Source of the DNA: Leptolyngbyaceae cyanobacterium
GTDB lineage: Bacteria; Cyanobacteriota; Cyanobacteriia; Phormidesmidales; Phormidesmidaceae
Assembly (NCBI GenBank): GCA_050331235.1
Contig: JBHJHA010000011.1
Location: 1 to 64,000, forward strand
DNA: 64,000 nt
Direction of reading: 5' to 3'
Below are positions 41,697 through 52,484 of this stretch, piece by piece. A program made the position numbers and the translations under genes. How positions within the stretch are numbered: the first letter of the stretch is position 1; every line of letters starts with the position of its first letter. Below the pieces are notes generated by a model, which was not told the DNA's origin, made no database searches, and saw nothing but the letters and a program-made list of their open reading frames with translations.

Positions 41697-44600
41697 TCAG
41701 TCTATACCTGCATGAATATCATAAACAGGCCAGTGACGATATAAGAATTCAGTCATTGCTTGACTGCTCAGTGGTTGGCTAAACAAAAAGCCTTGCATTT
41801 GGTGGCAACCTAGCTGGCTAAGACAGTGCATCTGCTCAACCGTTTCTACGCCTTCGGCAACTAGGCTCAAATTCAACGCCTGCCCGAGAGCAATAACGGC
41901 TCTCAGCATGGCGATATCTTGCTCGTCTTGGGGTATATCTTGTACGAATGAGCGATCAATTTTCAGTCCCGTAAAGGGTAAGCGCTTGAGATAGTTGAGC
42001 GATGAATACCCCGTACCAAAATCATCCATGACGATGCGGTTACCCAAGCGACGTAATTGATTAAGTGTCGAGACCGAAATTTCTAAATTAGAAAGCGCCA
42101 CCGTCTCAGTGATTTCGAGCTCTAAAAACTTAGGCGATAGATTGAATGCTGAAAGCACCTGTTGGATATCTTGCACCAGCGTTGCGTGGTGAAGTTGCCG
42201 AGCAGAGAGATTGACGGCGACTTCTAAGCTTTCAAAGCCTTGTTGATGCCAGGCTTTAAGCTGAGAACAAGCTTGCTTGATTACCCAATCTCCTAACGAA
42301 ACGATGAGACCAATTTCCTCTGCCACGGGAATAAAATCGTTCGGTGCGACCTCTCCAAGCTCAGCGCTATGCCAGCGAACTAAAGCTTCTATGCGCTGAA
42401 TTCGACCACTCGCCATATCGATTTGGGGCTGAAAGCAGAGACTAAACTCTTCGCGCTTAAATGCCTGGTGTAAATGCTTTTCCAACATGAGTTGCTGGGT
42501 TGCTCCAGAGCTGAGCGTGGAAGTATAAAAGCAATAGCTATTACGGCCACTGGCTTTAGCCGCATACATCGCGGCATCAGCATTTTGCAGCAGCGCCGTG
42601 ACGCTATCGCCATCGTTGGGATAGAGGGCAATCCCTATGCTGCCGGTGACGTATAGCTCGTGATGGTCAATCAGGAACGGAGGGCGTAGATTATCGGCTA
42701 ACCGTTCTGCGACGCGGGCCGCTTCTTCAATCGAGAAAATTTGGCCCAAAATCAAGGTGAATTCATCACCGCCCCAACGAGCCAGTACGTCTCCACGCCG
42801 TAACCCTTCGCTGAGGCGTCGGGTCGCCTCGACCAACAGTTGGTCACCGATCGCGTGCCCGAGGGTGTCATTGATATTTTTAAAGCGATCCAAATCTAGA
42901 AATAGAATGGCGACAAGCCGGCCAGCCTGACGAGCCGCTGCGAGCATCTTGGGCAACTCTCGGTTAAATGCCGTCCGATTGGGTAACCCTGTCAACGGAT
43001 CATGAAACGCTTGATAACGCATCTGCGCTTCGGTCTCTTTGCGCTTGATCGCTCCCCCAATACTGGCCGCGATCGTGACCAAAATTGATTCTTCACTCCG
43101 GCTCCAGTCCCGTTGCGGATTGCAAGCATCAAATCCAATAAATCCCCAGAAATCCCGGTCAATAAAAACCGGCACCATCAAAATCGACTCGATGTGATCG
43201 CGAGCCAGTAAAGCTTGCTCAGATTTGGGGAAAGATCTGACCCGACCTCCGACTGAGTGTCCTGCTTGAAAAGCTCGATACCACCGCATTAGGCCATACT
43301 CGCTATAGGCTTGATTTTGCCAATGGGATTGATGAATACTGGGCGAAATACCCGCTTGAGTCCACTCATAACGCATGCTCAAAGCCGGTTTGCCAGTTAC
43401 CGGATGTGGATGATTTTCGTAAAGATAGACCCGGTCAGCAGCGGCCGCCATGCCTAGCGTTTTAAGGATTTTGGGAATCGAACTATCGATTTCAAGCGTC
43501 GTGAGTAGCTGTTGGCTGGCTTCGGCGACCCCTTTAAGTAGGCGATCGCGGCGCCGCAGTTCCAGTTCGGCGGCTTTGCGAGCGGTAATATCCTCCACCG
43601 TGCCCTCGAAGCCAATAATTTGCCCCTGACTGTCAAACACAGCTCGGGCGGACTCGGAAATCCAGATAATGCTGCCGTCTTTTTTGTAGATGGCGGATTC
43701 AAAGCCCAGCACTGAGCCATCCTGCATCATTTTGTCGACAAACGTTTTGCGCCGGTCCAAATCGACGTAGAGCTGTCGCTCAATATCCGTCAGCGTCTCC
43801 ATAAGTTCTTGGGGAGAGCCATAGCCATAAATTTTGGCTAGCATCGGATTGACTGTCGTGTAACGACCGCTAGTCGTCGTTTGGAAGATCCCTTCCACAG
43901 CATTTTCAAAAATACTGCGATATTTGTTTTCCGCCTGGCGGAGGGAGGCCCTCGCCTGCAAGTGCTCGGTGGCAACGGCGATCGCATTGACCGCAATCCG
44001 CAACAAACTCACTTCCGACTGCGACCATTTGCGGGGTTGTCGACAATTGCTAAACCCCATGACGCCACTAAATTGGCCGTGAATACTCAACGGCAGCAGC
44101 AAAACTGATTTTTCATTGATGGCGGGCTGGTCCAGCAGTTCCTTCATTGCGGGGGGAAACTCATCGCTCACGAGATTGATACAGTTTCCGGCTTCTAGTT
44201 CGGCAATCCAATCGGCTGCCACGCCTTCACGGTCAAACGTTTGGACAGCTGGTTCATGCAAAGTTGAGGGCGTCATGGTATCAGCCCACTCCACCATCAT
44301 CACCAAACGGTCACCGTTATCAGGCTCCACGGAGTAAAAATAAGCTCGATTGGCTCCAGTTACAGAAGCCAGCAATTCCAAACCCGTAACAAATGACGCA
44401 CTATCCCACTTGCCATCAAAATCAAGGAGTTGCCGCTGAAACTCAACTAACGCAGTGAGATACTGCTCCCGTCGGTTGAGGCTTTTTTGAAACTCAATGC
44501 GATCGCTGACATTCTCAATGCTTCCTAGGATGCCAATCACGCGCTGAGCCGCATCATGAATAGGGAACTTGCTGACGTTGGTCCAATAATTCGGATTGTT

Positions 44601-46220
44601 TTTATCATTTTCCAGAGTGTCCAGTTCCGGTCTGTCCTGCGCCATGATGCGCCGATCTTGCTCGCGAAACTGCTGAGCCTCCGCCTGAGAATAAGCAGGA
44701 ATTTCGTAGTCAGTTTTGCCCATCACCTCCAGCGAAGAGTCGAATCCAACGCCTTTGGCAAAAGCTTTATTACTGCCTAAGTAAATGCCATTGCGATCCT
44801 TCCAAAACAGATGCTGGGGAATGTTATCCAAAATCAGCTTGAGAAACTGTTCTCGGTCGATGAGCATCTGCTCAGCTTCAACCGTTTCAGTGATATCGCG
44901 AGTGACCGCTAATAACTGGGGCGGGCCTGCTGCCATATGGGGCGCAACCATACAGCTAATCGTCTCAAACCAGCGATAGTGACCACTGCGATGACGCATC
45001 CGAAACCGCAGCGACCCTAGCACCTGCCGACGCAGAAAGCGACGATAGTGCCGAAAGACCCGCCGGCGATCGCGGGGATGAAACAGCCAAGCCGGCGATT
45101 GACCGATGAGCTCTGCGGGGTCGCAGCCTAACAGGCTAGAGCAAGCCGATGACACATATCGGATATTGCCATTCAAGTCATGCTGAGTCACCAGGTCCAA
45201 CGACCGATCCGCCAACATGCGATATCGCGTTTCACTCTTACGGAGAGCGGCCTCAGTCCGCTTTAGAGAAGTGATATCGGTAATAAATCCCTGTAGACCG
45301 ATGGGCTGCCCAGCGATATCAAACAGGCCCTGCCCCTTCTCCCAAACCCACTTTTCTTCACCATGGCGGGTAACAAGGCGGTATTCAACCTCATAAATCT
45401 GTCCCTGGGCGAGCGCTGATTTGATGGTTTCCAAGACTCTCGACAAATCATCTGCATGAATGATGTCGTTGTAGGTAATCTGACTGTCGGCCGCCGTCAA
45501 CTCCGCTTCGCCGTAGCCCGTCAGGCGCGTACAGCCATTACTCAGAGACTGCATTTTCCATTCAGGCGGGCCTTTCGCCGTGAACACAATGCCAGGCAGC
45601 GTATTTAGTAGCCGTTGTAAATTTTGTCGATGGGTAAATAGCTCAGCCTCAGTCCGCTTGAGCCGTAAAATTGCTCCCAAATGAGCCGCAATGGCCTCCA
45701 CTAGGGAAACCTGATAGTCGTCACAGACATGGGCTTCCCTCATAAAAAAGACCAACACCATTAATATTGCGCCATCAAGCTTAACTGGGACGCCAACCGC
45801 AGCGCCTAAGCCAAACTGCAAAGCGATGTCTCGCCGCTGAAAGGTTGGCGGCGAAGTGCGGGAAACATCCGTTATCCATTCAGACTTCCCTGTGGAATAG
45901 ACGCGGCCAGGCAAGCCATCCCCCGAGTCAAAACGCCACGCCCTACTGGCTTCACCAAACTGTTGGTAACCCCCGCGGGCTGCATACCAAATGCCACTGT
46001 GACGCAGCGTTTGCGCTGTGGAAGGTAGCCAAATTTCGCCAAAGAACCAATCCGTACTCGCACAAACAAGCTCTAGCAGCCGCATTAAGGCAGAGTCAAA
46101 GTCCTGAGCTTGACTTACTTCAAGCGAGATTGACCGCAGCAGTGTTAAGGCCGCCGGATTAATCGCGAGAAAGCTATCTGATAAAGAATGAGGTGGGCCA
46201 ACATTTGCAGAATGAGTCAT
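41697..46220 (-). CDS. Multi-sensor diguanylate cyclase/phosphodiesterase (GAF-PAS-PAS-PAS-GAF-PAS-GAF-GGDEF-EAL)
   Basis: Motifs HDPLTGLPNR, RxxD with GGDEF, IEALVRW, DDFGTGYSS and AEGVET; PAS and GAF patterns upstream. Confidence 0.93.
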   Translation of the reverse strand: MTHSANVGPPHSLSDSFLAINPAALTLLRSISLEVSQAQDFDSALMRLLELVCASTDWFFGEIWLPSTAQTLRHSGIWYAARGGYQQFGEASRAWRFDSGDGLPGRVYSTGKSEWITDVSRTSPPTFQRRDIALQFGLGAAVGVPVKLDGAILMVLVFFMREAHVCDDYQVSLVEAIAAHLGAILRLKRTEAELFTHRQNLQRLLNTLPGIVFTAKGPPEWKMQSLSNGCTRLTGYGEAELTAADSQITYNDIIHADDLSRVLETIKSALAQGQIYEVEYRLVTRHGEEKWVWEKGQGLFDIAGQPIGLQGFITDITSLKRTEAALRKSETRYRMLADRSLDLVTQHDLNGNIRYVSSACSSLLGCDPAELIGQSPAWLFHPRDRRRVFRHYRRFLRRQVLGSLRFRMRHRSGHYRWFETISCMVAPHMAAGPPQLLAVTRDITETVEAEQMLIDREQFLKLILDNIPQHLFWKDRNGIYLGSNKAFAKGVGFDSSLEVMGKTDYEIPAYSQAEAQQFREQDRRIMAQDRPELDTLENDKNNPNYWTNVSKFPIHDAAQRVIGILGSIENVSDRIEFQKSLNRREQYLTALVEFQRQLLDFDGKWDSASFVTGLELLASVTGANRAYFYSVEPDNGDRLVMMVEWADTMTPSTLHEPAVQTFDREGVAADWIAELEAGNCINLVSDEFPPAMKELLDQPAINEKSVLLLPLSIHGQFSGVMGFSNCRQPRKWSQSEVSLLRIAVNAIAVATEHLQARASLRQAENKYRSIFENAVEGIFQTTTSGRYTTVNPMLAKIYGYGSPQELMETLTDIERQLYVDLDRRKTFVDKMMQDGSVLGFESAIYKKDGSIIWISESARAVFDSQGQIIGFEGTVEDITARKAAELELRRRDRLLKGVAEASQQLLTTLEIDSSIPKILKTLGMAAAADRVYLYENHPHPVTGKPALSMRYEWTQAGISPSIHQSHWQNQAYSEYGLMRWYRAFQAGHSVGGRVRSFPKSEQALLARDHIESILMVPVFIDRDFWGFIGFDACNPQRDWSRSEESILVTIAASIGGAIKRKETEAQMRYQAFHDPLTGLPNRTAFNRELPKMLAAARQAGRLVAILFLDLDRFKNINDTLGHAIGDQLLVEATRRLSEGLRRGDVLARWGGDEFTLILGQIFSIEEAARVAERLADNLRPPFLIDHHELYVTGSIGIALYPNDGDSVTALLQNADAAMYAAKASGRNSYCFYTSTLSSGATQQLMLEKHLHQAFKREEFSLCFQPQIDMASGRIQRIEALVRWHSAELGEVAPNDFIPVAEEIGLIVSLGDWVIKQACSQLKAWHQQGFESLEVAVNLSARQLHHATLVQDIQQVLSAFNLSPKFLELEITETVALSNLEISVSTLNQLRRLGNRIVMDDFGTGYSSLNYLKRLPFTGLKIDRSFVQDIPQDEQDIAMLRAVIALGQALNLSLVAEGVETVEQMHCLSQLGCHQMQGFLFSQPLSSQAMTEFLYRHWPVYDIHAGID

Positions 46221-46507
46221 CAATCAGTGCCCAGGAAGCAGCTAATACGGCGACAACGGTTTTTCTTTATGGTGAATTCTGAATCTCGCCAGCGGGCAGC
46301 ATATTCGTTAACTTGCTAAGGCTTTGGCTCGTGAGTCATTCAGCAGGCAGAAATACGAGCTAAGAATATTTTGATAAAGTCGTTTGATGATCGGTGCAGC
46401 CAATGTTACTAATGATAGTTCCCAAAATGTAAAGCTTGCGATCGCGCAGCAGCTGAGCCTAGGTCAAACACCATAGGCTAACCAAGTATTTCCACTCCAG
46501 CGGCTGA

Positions 46508-46993
46508 CTAGCGCTGAAACCAAGCGGTGAGGGCCACTGCCAAGCCGTCGGCGGCGTCATCGGGCTTTGGTAATTTTGGGAGGTTGAGCTCTCGCATGAC
46601 CGACTGCTGTACAGAGCTTTTGTCAGCATTGCCGTAGCCCGTTAGAGCTTGCTTAATTTGGGCCGGCGTAAACTCAACGGGCACTAATTGATGTTGAGCT
46701 AATACCAACATAACTACGCCACGAGCTTGGGCAACTAAAATTGTGTTGCCCATTCGATAAAAAAAGAGCTTCTCAAGGGCAACTTGATCGGGTTTGAAAT
46801 GGTTGATCAGACTGTGCAAATCATCATGCAAGATGCATAGGCGATTGCCCACGGGCGTTTTGGCTGGTGTTTCCACGATGCCAAAATCCACCACCTCAGC
46901 CCCGGCTGAGGCCGCAGTCTGACCCATCCCGTCAATCACCCCGAATCCCAGAATGGCTAGCCCTGGGTCAAGCCCCAGGATGCGCTGCTTCAC
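46508..46993 (-). CDS. ruvC: Holliday junction resolvase RuvC
   Basis: Motifs [20 protein letters not shown] and PDDAAD. The GTG start shares one base with the chlI TAG. Confidence 0.95.
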   Translation of the reverse strand: MKQRILGLDPGLAILGFGVIDGMGQTAASAGAEVVDFGIVETPAKTPVGNRLCILHDDLHSLINHFKPDQVALEKLFFYRMGNTILVAQARGVVMLVLAQHQLVPVEFTPAQIKQALTGYGNADKSSVQQSVMRELNLPKLPKPDDAADGLAVALTAWFQR

Positions 46994-48090
46994 TACTGCG
47001 CTCCAACCGGTTGACGACCGTTAGTAGCCGCGTCTTCATCAGTTAAAGAAACCCCGAAGACCTGGCTAAAGACTTTATCTACCTTATAGCCAGAATCGAT
47101 GGACTCAAGCGGATCCTTCCGTAAGCGATGGCGCAGACACATCACAATCACTTTTTGGACGTCCTCTAATGTCACCTCGGCCCGACCTTCATAGGCAGCC
47201 AAGGCTTTAGCGGCGCGGTTCGTCACAATGTCGCCGCGCAAACCATCCACGTCAAGCTCAGCACAGACCTGGGAGATCTTGATGCGAAAATCATGGTCAA
47301 TCGTCACCTGTGGGAGACGGGCTTGGGCCTCGGCAATGCGCTTTTGTAGAGTCTCTTGGGTCGACACAAATTTCTCCAAGTAAGCCATCGGATCTTGATC
47401 AAAATCCGATCGTTGTTCAACAATCTGCACCCGTAACTCAGGGTCGCGCACTGTGCGGATTTCGGCATGCATGCCAAAGCGATCAAGCAGCTGGGGTCGC
47501 AGTTCACCTTCCTCCGGGTTGCCAGAACCGACCAACACAAATTGCGCCGGGTGGCGAATCGAAATGCCCTCCCGCTCAACGGTATTCCATCCTGAGGCGG
47601 CTGAGTCGAGCAAAACGTCTACTAAGTGGTCATCCAAAAGGTTGACCTCGTCAACATAGAGAATGCCCCGATTGGCCTTCGCCAAGAGTCCTGGTTCAAA
47701 GGCCTTGACCCCCTCTGACAGGGCTTTTTCGATATCGATGGTGCCACAGACCCGATCTTCGGTCGCGCCTAGAGGCAGGTCAACCATGGGCACTTTCTTC
47801 TGACTCGTAGGAAAGGTATCGGTTTGGCGCTCCCGTTGGATATCGGGATCATCAGGAGACCGGCTAAATGGATCGTCAGCTACGACTTCGATTTCGGGGA
47901 GCAGATCCGCGAGCGCTCGAATTGTAGTGGATTTTCCAGTCCCGCGATCGCCCATAATCATGACCCCACCAATGCGGGGATCGATCACGTTTAAAATCAG
48001 CGCAAGCTTCATGTCTTCCTGACCAATTACCGCAGTAAAAGGGAAAACAACTCGGCGGGGAGACATCGAACGTTCAGCAGTCGCAGTCAC
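46993..48090 (-). CDS. chlI: Magnesium chelatase ATPase subunit I
   Basis: Motifs [51 protein letters not shown] and [12 protein letters not shown]. Confidence 0.97.
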   Translation of the reverse strand: MTATAERSMSPRRVVFPFTAVIGQEDMKLALILNVIDPRIGGVMIMGDRGTGKSTTIRALADLLPEIEVVADDPFSRSPDDPDIQRERQTDTFPTSQKKVPMVDLPLGATEDRVCGTIDIEKALSEGVKAFEPGLLAKANRGILYVDEVNLLDDHLVDVLLDSAASGWNTVEREGISIRHPAQFVLVGSGNPEEGELRPQLLDRFGMHAEIRTVRDPELRVQIVEQRSDFDQDPMAYLEKFVSTQETLQKRIAEAQARLPQVTIDHDFRIKISQVCAELDVDGLRGDIVTNRAAKALAAYEGRAEVTLEDVQKVIVMCLRHRLRKDPLESIDSGYKVDKVFSQVFGVSLTDEDAATNGRQPVGAQ

Positions 48091-48630
48091 AAGCAATCAA
48101 CTCTCTTACAAATTCTTTGAACAAGCTTTACAGGCTTTAAAGATCATTGACTATTGTGCCATAGGGATTTGCGCCATTCAGCGTCAATGGAATGAATTAT
48201 CCCGTTCAAAGGCGGCGATCAGAGACAGAGCAGGATAACAACCGAGCCAATAGGTCTAGACGTTCCTCAGTTTCAGCTGAGCAAACTGCTTTGAGAAAAG
48301 AAAACTGATGTCTTCTCAATCTGTCCTCGTTTTTGTCACCGTCTCCACACTTTCTGAAAGGGCACCCTATCCTGCCATAGACAGTATTGGCCACTATTTT
48401 GGCTGAAACAGGGATTGAGCAGCACTGGTTTGTTAAGAGAAACACTTTTAAGAAGCGGCGGTTTTAGGGATGACTTCTCCTCGCTCAACATGTGAGATGG
48501 ACTACTAAGGTCTGAATTTTAATCAGCTATTATTGCGACAACATGTCTTAGGCACGTCTGCCGAAAGGAACATTTTCTCAGGATGAAAGCGTTGAGACAT
48601 GGTTCTGATTAGGTTTGTTTGGAGAGTATT

Positions 48631-48948
48631 GTGACTATCTACATCGGTAATTTGTCGTTTCAAGCAGGGGAAGAGGATCTACGCGAGGTATTTGCTGACT
48701 ATGGTGAGGTCAAGCGCATTAGCTTACCCACAGATCGGGAAACAGGCCGAAAGCGCGGATTTGCCTTTGTTGAAATGGTGGATGAAGCCCATGAAGATAC
48801 AGCCATCTCAGAACTCGACGGGGCTGAGTGGCTGGGGCGTGAACTCAGAGTCAATAAGGCTCGCCCGCGCAATGACAGCGGGGGCGGGGGGCGCCGCAGC
48901 AGTAGTGAAGGAGGCGATCGCTCAAACTTTACGAGCAACCCGTTGTAA
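48631..48948 (+). CDS. RRM-type RNA-binding protein (Rbp family)
   Basis: RNP2 IYIGNL, RNP1 RGFAFVEM and a short Gly-rich tail. GTG start preceded by TTTGGAGA. Confidence 0.93.
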   Translation: MTIYIGNLSFQAGEEDLREVFADYGEVKRISLPTDRETGRKRGFAFVEMVDEAHEDTAISELDGAEWLGRELRVNKARPRNDSGGGGRRSSSEGGDRSNFTSNPL

Positions 48949-49195
48949 TCGCCCTTGGCATTCTCCTTGATCGCCCAAGTGACTATTTCCTGCAGCCAAT
49001 GACTCACAACCATCTGGGTCGTAGGTGTTTTGCCCGGTTTCCCAGACGCAACACCCCGCAGTGAACGCTCCCACGACTCGGACATTCACCAACCAGTCAC
49101 TGCTTTTGCGTCTCTTTTGATGGGACAAGCTCGCGCCTGTAGCGAACATGGGCAACACTTCATCAACGCTACTGCGAGACGCTACGGGCGCTCTT

Positions 49196-49906
49196 TCAAG
49201 GCGCGTCAGTATTGCCATGGTTGTCTGTAGAAATGGCCGATTGAACCAGCGGAGTATTATTGCGGGGATTATTCACCGCTGGACTCACTGCCAGAATATC
49301 TAACCAGTCTGAGTCACAGGGCTGTAAGAGCGCAGCTAGCTCTCCCCGGTTGTAGTAGCTCGGATCAAGCCATGCATCATAGGCTGTCGACGGTAAGATG
49401 ACCGGCATCCGATGGTGAACCGGCTCCATTGTTTGATTGGCTTGAGTGGTCAATATGGTGCAGGAAAAGACTGCCTCCCCTGTCTCCGGCGATCGCCAAC
49501 GCTCCCATAACCCCGCAAAGCCAAATAGTGATCGCGTCTTGAGGTGGATGAGGTAAGGCTGCTTTTGGCCTCCGCCTGTGACCGCCTGCCACTCATAGAA
49601 GCCATCGGCTACTACTAAGCAGCGGCGCTTTTGAAAGGCACTTCGAAAGGCGGGCTTATCCGCCACAGTTTCAGAGCGAGCATTGATCAGTTTGTAGCCA
49701 ATTTTGGGATCTTGACTCCATCCTGGAATGAGTCCCCACTTTTTATCATGCAACTCGCGCTCGCCCGTATGTCGGGAGGCTGTAACCACAGCAACCATTT
49801 GGCTGGGAGCAATGTTATATCGGGGTTGCAAATCGGGGATAGCAGCTAGCTGAAAAGCTGCCGCAACCGCCTCTCCCGTATGAGTCTGGGCAAACCGACC
49901 GCACAT
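49196..49906 (-). CDS. SOS response-associated peptidase (SRAP/YedK/HMCES family)
   Basis: MCGRF N-terminus, RYNIAPSQ, WGLIP, INARSET, GFYEW and HHRMPVIL. Confidence 0.95.
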   Translation of the reverse strand: MCGRFAQTHTGEAVAAAFQLAAIPDLQPRYNIAPSQMVAVVTASRHTGERELHDKKWGLIPGWSQDPKIGYKLINARSETVADKPAFRSAFQKRRCLVVADGFYEWQAVTGGGQKQPYLIHLKTRSLFGFAGLWERWRSPETGEAVFSCTILTTQANQTMEPVHHRMPVILPSTAYDAWLDPSYYNRGELAALLQPCDSDWLDILAVSPAVNNPRNNTPLVQSAISTDNHGNTDAP

Positions 49907-49947
49907 GACACCACCTCAACCATTGACCGCAAACTGAGCCAAACGGC

Positions 49948-50505
49948 TTATTGAGCCGCAAACTGGCGTTCCATCTCCGATCTCAACTCCGCCGTCATGC
50001 CCGTCAGACCTGACTCAAATACCTCAAAAAAATACGGCTGTAGAGGACCCATACTGGCCTTAGCGGAAATGCTTTGGATGAGTAATGTTTGCTCACTCTC
50101 GTCGGCGTGAGCGATCGAGTTGAGTTGCCAAGAGCCTTCCATCTCGTCCAGCGTGCCGTCAACCATACGATAGTCAATTCGCTCCGGCGGATGCTCGGTA
50201 TTCTCGGTCACGATCTTGACGCGAATGGGCAACACGCCGACTTTACGGCGATCTTTTCGTTCTACGAGTACGGTGTTCTCACGTCTTTCAAGAATGCGAC
50301 TATCGACAACGGAAGATAAATGTTCGGGAAAAGCTTCATAGTCAGTTAAGACGCGCCAAACAATTGCAGCCGGAGCTTTGATAAGGGAATACACCACATA
50401 GTCTCCTTCAGCACCGGTCAGAATGACCTCGCCATGATGTAGTTCTTGCTGCTGGTCAGGGCTCAGGTCTGCCGTAAGCTGCTCCAAGTCGGTCGCGAGA
50501 GACAT
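49948..50505 (-). CDS. SRPBCC/polyketide-cyclase (START-like) family protein
   Basis: Pattern IKAP...VWRVLTDYEAFP...GSWQL. Start placed at ATG 50505. Confidence 0.85.
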   Translation of the reverse strand: MSLATDLEQLTADLSPDQQQELHHGEVILTGAEGDYVVYSLIKAPAAIVWRVLTDYEAFPEHLSSVVDSRILERRENTVLVERKDRRKVGVLPIRVKIVTENTEHPPERIDYRMVDGTLDEMEGSWQLNSIAHADESEQTLLIQSISAKASMGPLQPYFFEVFESGLTGMTAELRSEMERQFAAQ

Positions 50506-50550
50506 AAGATTAAAACTGAAATATCTGTTGTTATCGTAACGAATTATTGC

Positions 50551-51039
50551 ATGGCTAGTTTCTCTGAAGTTCAGTCGGCGTACGTAGATTTTCCTAATCA
50601 AGTCCAAAGCCTAATGTTGAGCACGGTTACACCTGAGGGACAGCCTCAGGCGAGCTATACCCCCTTCGTGATAGACGGCGATCGCAACATCTATATTTTT
50701 GTCAGCGGCCTTTCTAGCCACACCTCCAATCTACAAAAGATCCCCAAAGCCGGCGTTTTGTTTATTGAAGATGAGGTGCAAGCGCCGCAGATTTTTGCCC
50801 GCCGCCGCTTGATGTATGACTGTCAAGTCAAGCTGATTGACCGCCATGCCCCTCAATGGGCGAGCTTAGCAGACAAATTCAAGCAGCGATTTGGCAACTT
50901 GGTTGACATGCTGCGGCAGCTACCTGATTTTCAGATTTTTCAGCTGACCCCGCAGTCTGGCCGATTTGTGGTTGGTTTTGGCGCTGCCTATGAAGTGGAT
51001 AAGACCAACTTAGAGCGGCTGATGCCAACAGAAAAGTAA
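50551..51039 (+). CDS. HugZ/pyridoxamine 5'-phosphate oxidase-like protein
   Basis: Motifs LSTV...P.ASYTPF, FVSGLSSHT.NL, FIEDE, FARRRL and GRFVVGFGAAY. Confidence 0.88.
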   Translation: MASFSEVQSAYVDFPNQVQSLMLSTVTPEGQPQASYTPFVIDGDRNIYIFVSGLSSHTSNLQKIPKAGVLFIEDEVQAPQIFARRRLMYDCQVKLIDRHAPQWASLADKFKQRFGNLVDMLRQLPDFQIFQLTPQSGRFVVGFGAAYEVDKTNLERLMPTEK

Positions 51040-51375
51040 GTTCAGCCATTGGTTGGGACTCTTCTCAGGCGCTTACGGAGTCTACTTTGTAGGCCAAGCC
51101 TCGCCCCTTAACCTCGACTATCTTGTTATGTTACGGCTGAAGTTTGATAGCCGTTATGGGCGATAATTCTCTCTGTGGTATTGCATCAAGAGATACAGAT
51201 TTACCTCTGCAGGATCTCTGGAGTCTCGCCTAAGGGTACCTTTATACGATGATTTGCTCGGCAAAACTGCCTCAGCAGACTTGAAAGTAAATAACCATTT
51301 GCTTTTAGCCCTGGGTCTGATGCAGTCAACCGCTAATAGGGCAAACTATCTTGGACACTAGCCCCGAAAATATTC

Positions 51376-52155
51376 ATGACTGCCGAAAATTCCTTTACAA
51401 GTTCTGCGGCATCTCCTTTAGCTGCGATCGCGCTTAAGTTGGTGGGTATCGTCACCATTCTGTCAGCGCTTTTAGATTTCCTGGTGCTGCTTATTCCGCC
51501 GGACTTTCTCAATGCCCAATGGCAACTCAATGCCACGACGCAAATCGTCGATCGCGGGATCGTGCCGTTAGTCGGCATTGCGCTACTGCTCGCTGGTTTT
51601 TGGATTGACCGGAGTGCCGGCACCTCTAAATCTGGAGGTAGTTTACTCACTGATTTACGTTTTTGGACTTGTATCATCGCGAGCCTTCTCGGGCTACTTT
51701 TTTTGATTCTTACTTTTTTGCATGTCAACAACGTTCGCATTACAGCTCAGCAGGCCTTAGCGCAAGTTGAACGTGAGGCTAATCAGGCGCGCGAGCAGCT
51801 AGGTCAGCGTTTAGAAGGAGAACTTAGCCAGCAGCAAAGCCAATTACAACTGCTGTTTGAAGACGACGATCTGCTACAACAGGCAATTGAAGCGGGACAG
51901 CTGCCGGAAGAAATTCAACAGTTTCAAGACAATCCTGATGGCCTTGACCAATTTTTGAACCAGCGAGCCGGCGAAGCTCAAGAAGAGATTGAAACTGAGA
52001 TCGGTACCCGCCGCGAAGATGCCCGGGGTCGGGTACGTCAAGAAGCCATTAAGTCAGCGTCGCGAATTTCGATCAGTAGCTTGCTCATGGCGATCGCTTA
52101 CATCATGATCGGTTGGACTGGGCTACGACGGCTGATGAGCATGGGCAGTGCCTAA
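51376..52155 (+). CDS. HpsJ-like membrane protein
   Basis: LKLVG...PP....QWQ...TQIVDRGIVPLVG, three TM segments, a Gln-rich coiled coil and a C-terminal TM ending IGWTGL. Confidence 0.75.
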   Translation: MTAENSFTSSAASPLAAIALKLVGIVTILSALLDFLVLLIPPDFLNAQWQLNATTQIVDRGIVPLVGIALLLAGFWIDRSAGTSKSGGSLLTDLRFWTCIIASLLGLLFLILTFLHVNNVRITAQQALAQVEREANQAREQLGQRLEGELSQQQSQLQLLFEDDDLLQQAIEAGQLPEEIQQFQDNPDGLDQFLNQRAGEAQEEIETEIGTRREDARGRVRQEAIKSASRISISSLLMAIAYIMIGWTGLRRLMSMGSA

Positions 52156-52191
52156 CCCAAGGTTTTGTCACGGTCATTGAGGGTGATGAGT

Positions 52192-52235
52192 GCGGTGGGT
52201 AGAGCTGAGATAATGGCTCTACCCACCGTTATTTT
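52192..52235 (+). terminator. Intrinsic terminator after the hpsJ-like gene
   Basis: Stem GCGGTGGGTAGAGC/GCTCTACCCACCGT followed by TATTTT. Confidence 0.8.
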
Positions 52236-52484
52236 GGTATTAATGCCCAGCGATCAATCATCGCGGCAACCATATTGGACTGGCACCGCCCCTTAACACT
52301 CATCGCCTCTTTTCAGCGAAATCGATGGTGCAAAAGCGAGGCTTCAGTAAACGTGCATTGCCCGGTGACATCGTCTCTGGATGGACAACTCCTGTCCCAG
52401 GCAGTACCCAATCCGAAGCATGATCACCTAAATTCGAATAGTGATGACTTGCAGCGGCTGTGGGGACATCGATATCACGCATTC

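Noticed and set aside
46990..46996. chlI stop overlapping the ruvC start
   Set aside because: This is ordinary translational coupling in a gene order I recall as common in cyanobacteria, so it is not novel.
22563..49906. DNA repair genes (alkA-like, uvrA, ruvC, SRAP) as one system
   Set aside because: They are scattered over 27 kb among unrelated genes and I found no shared operator.
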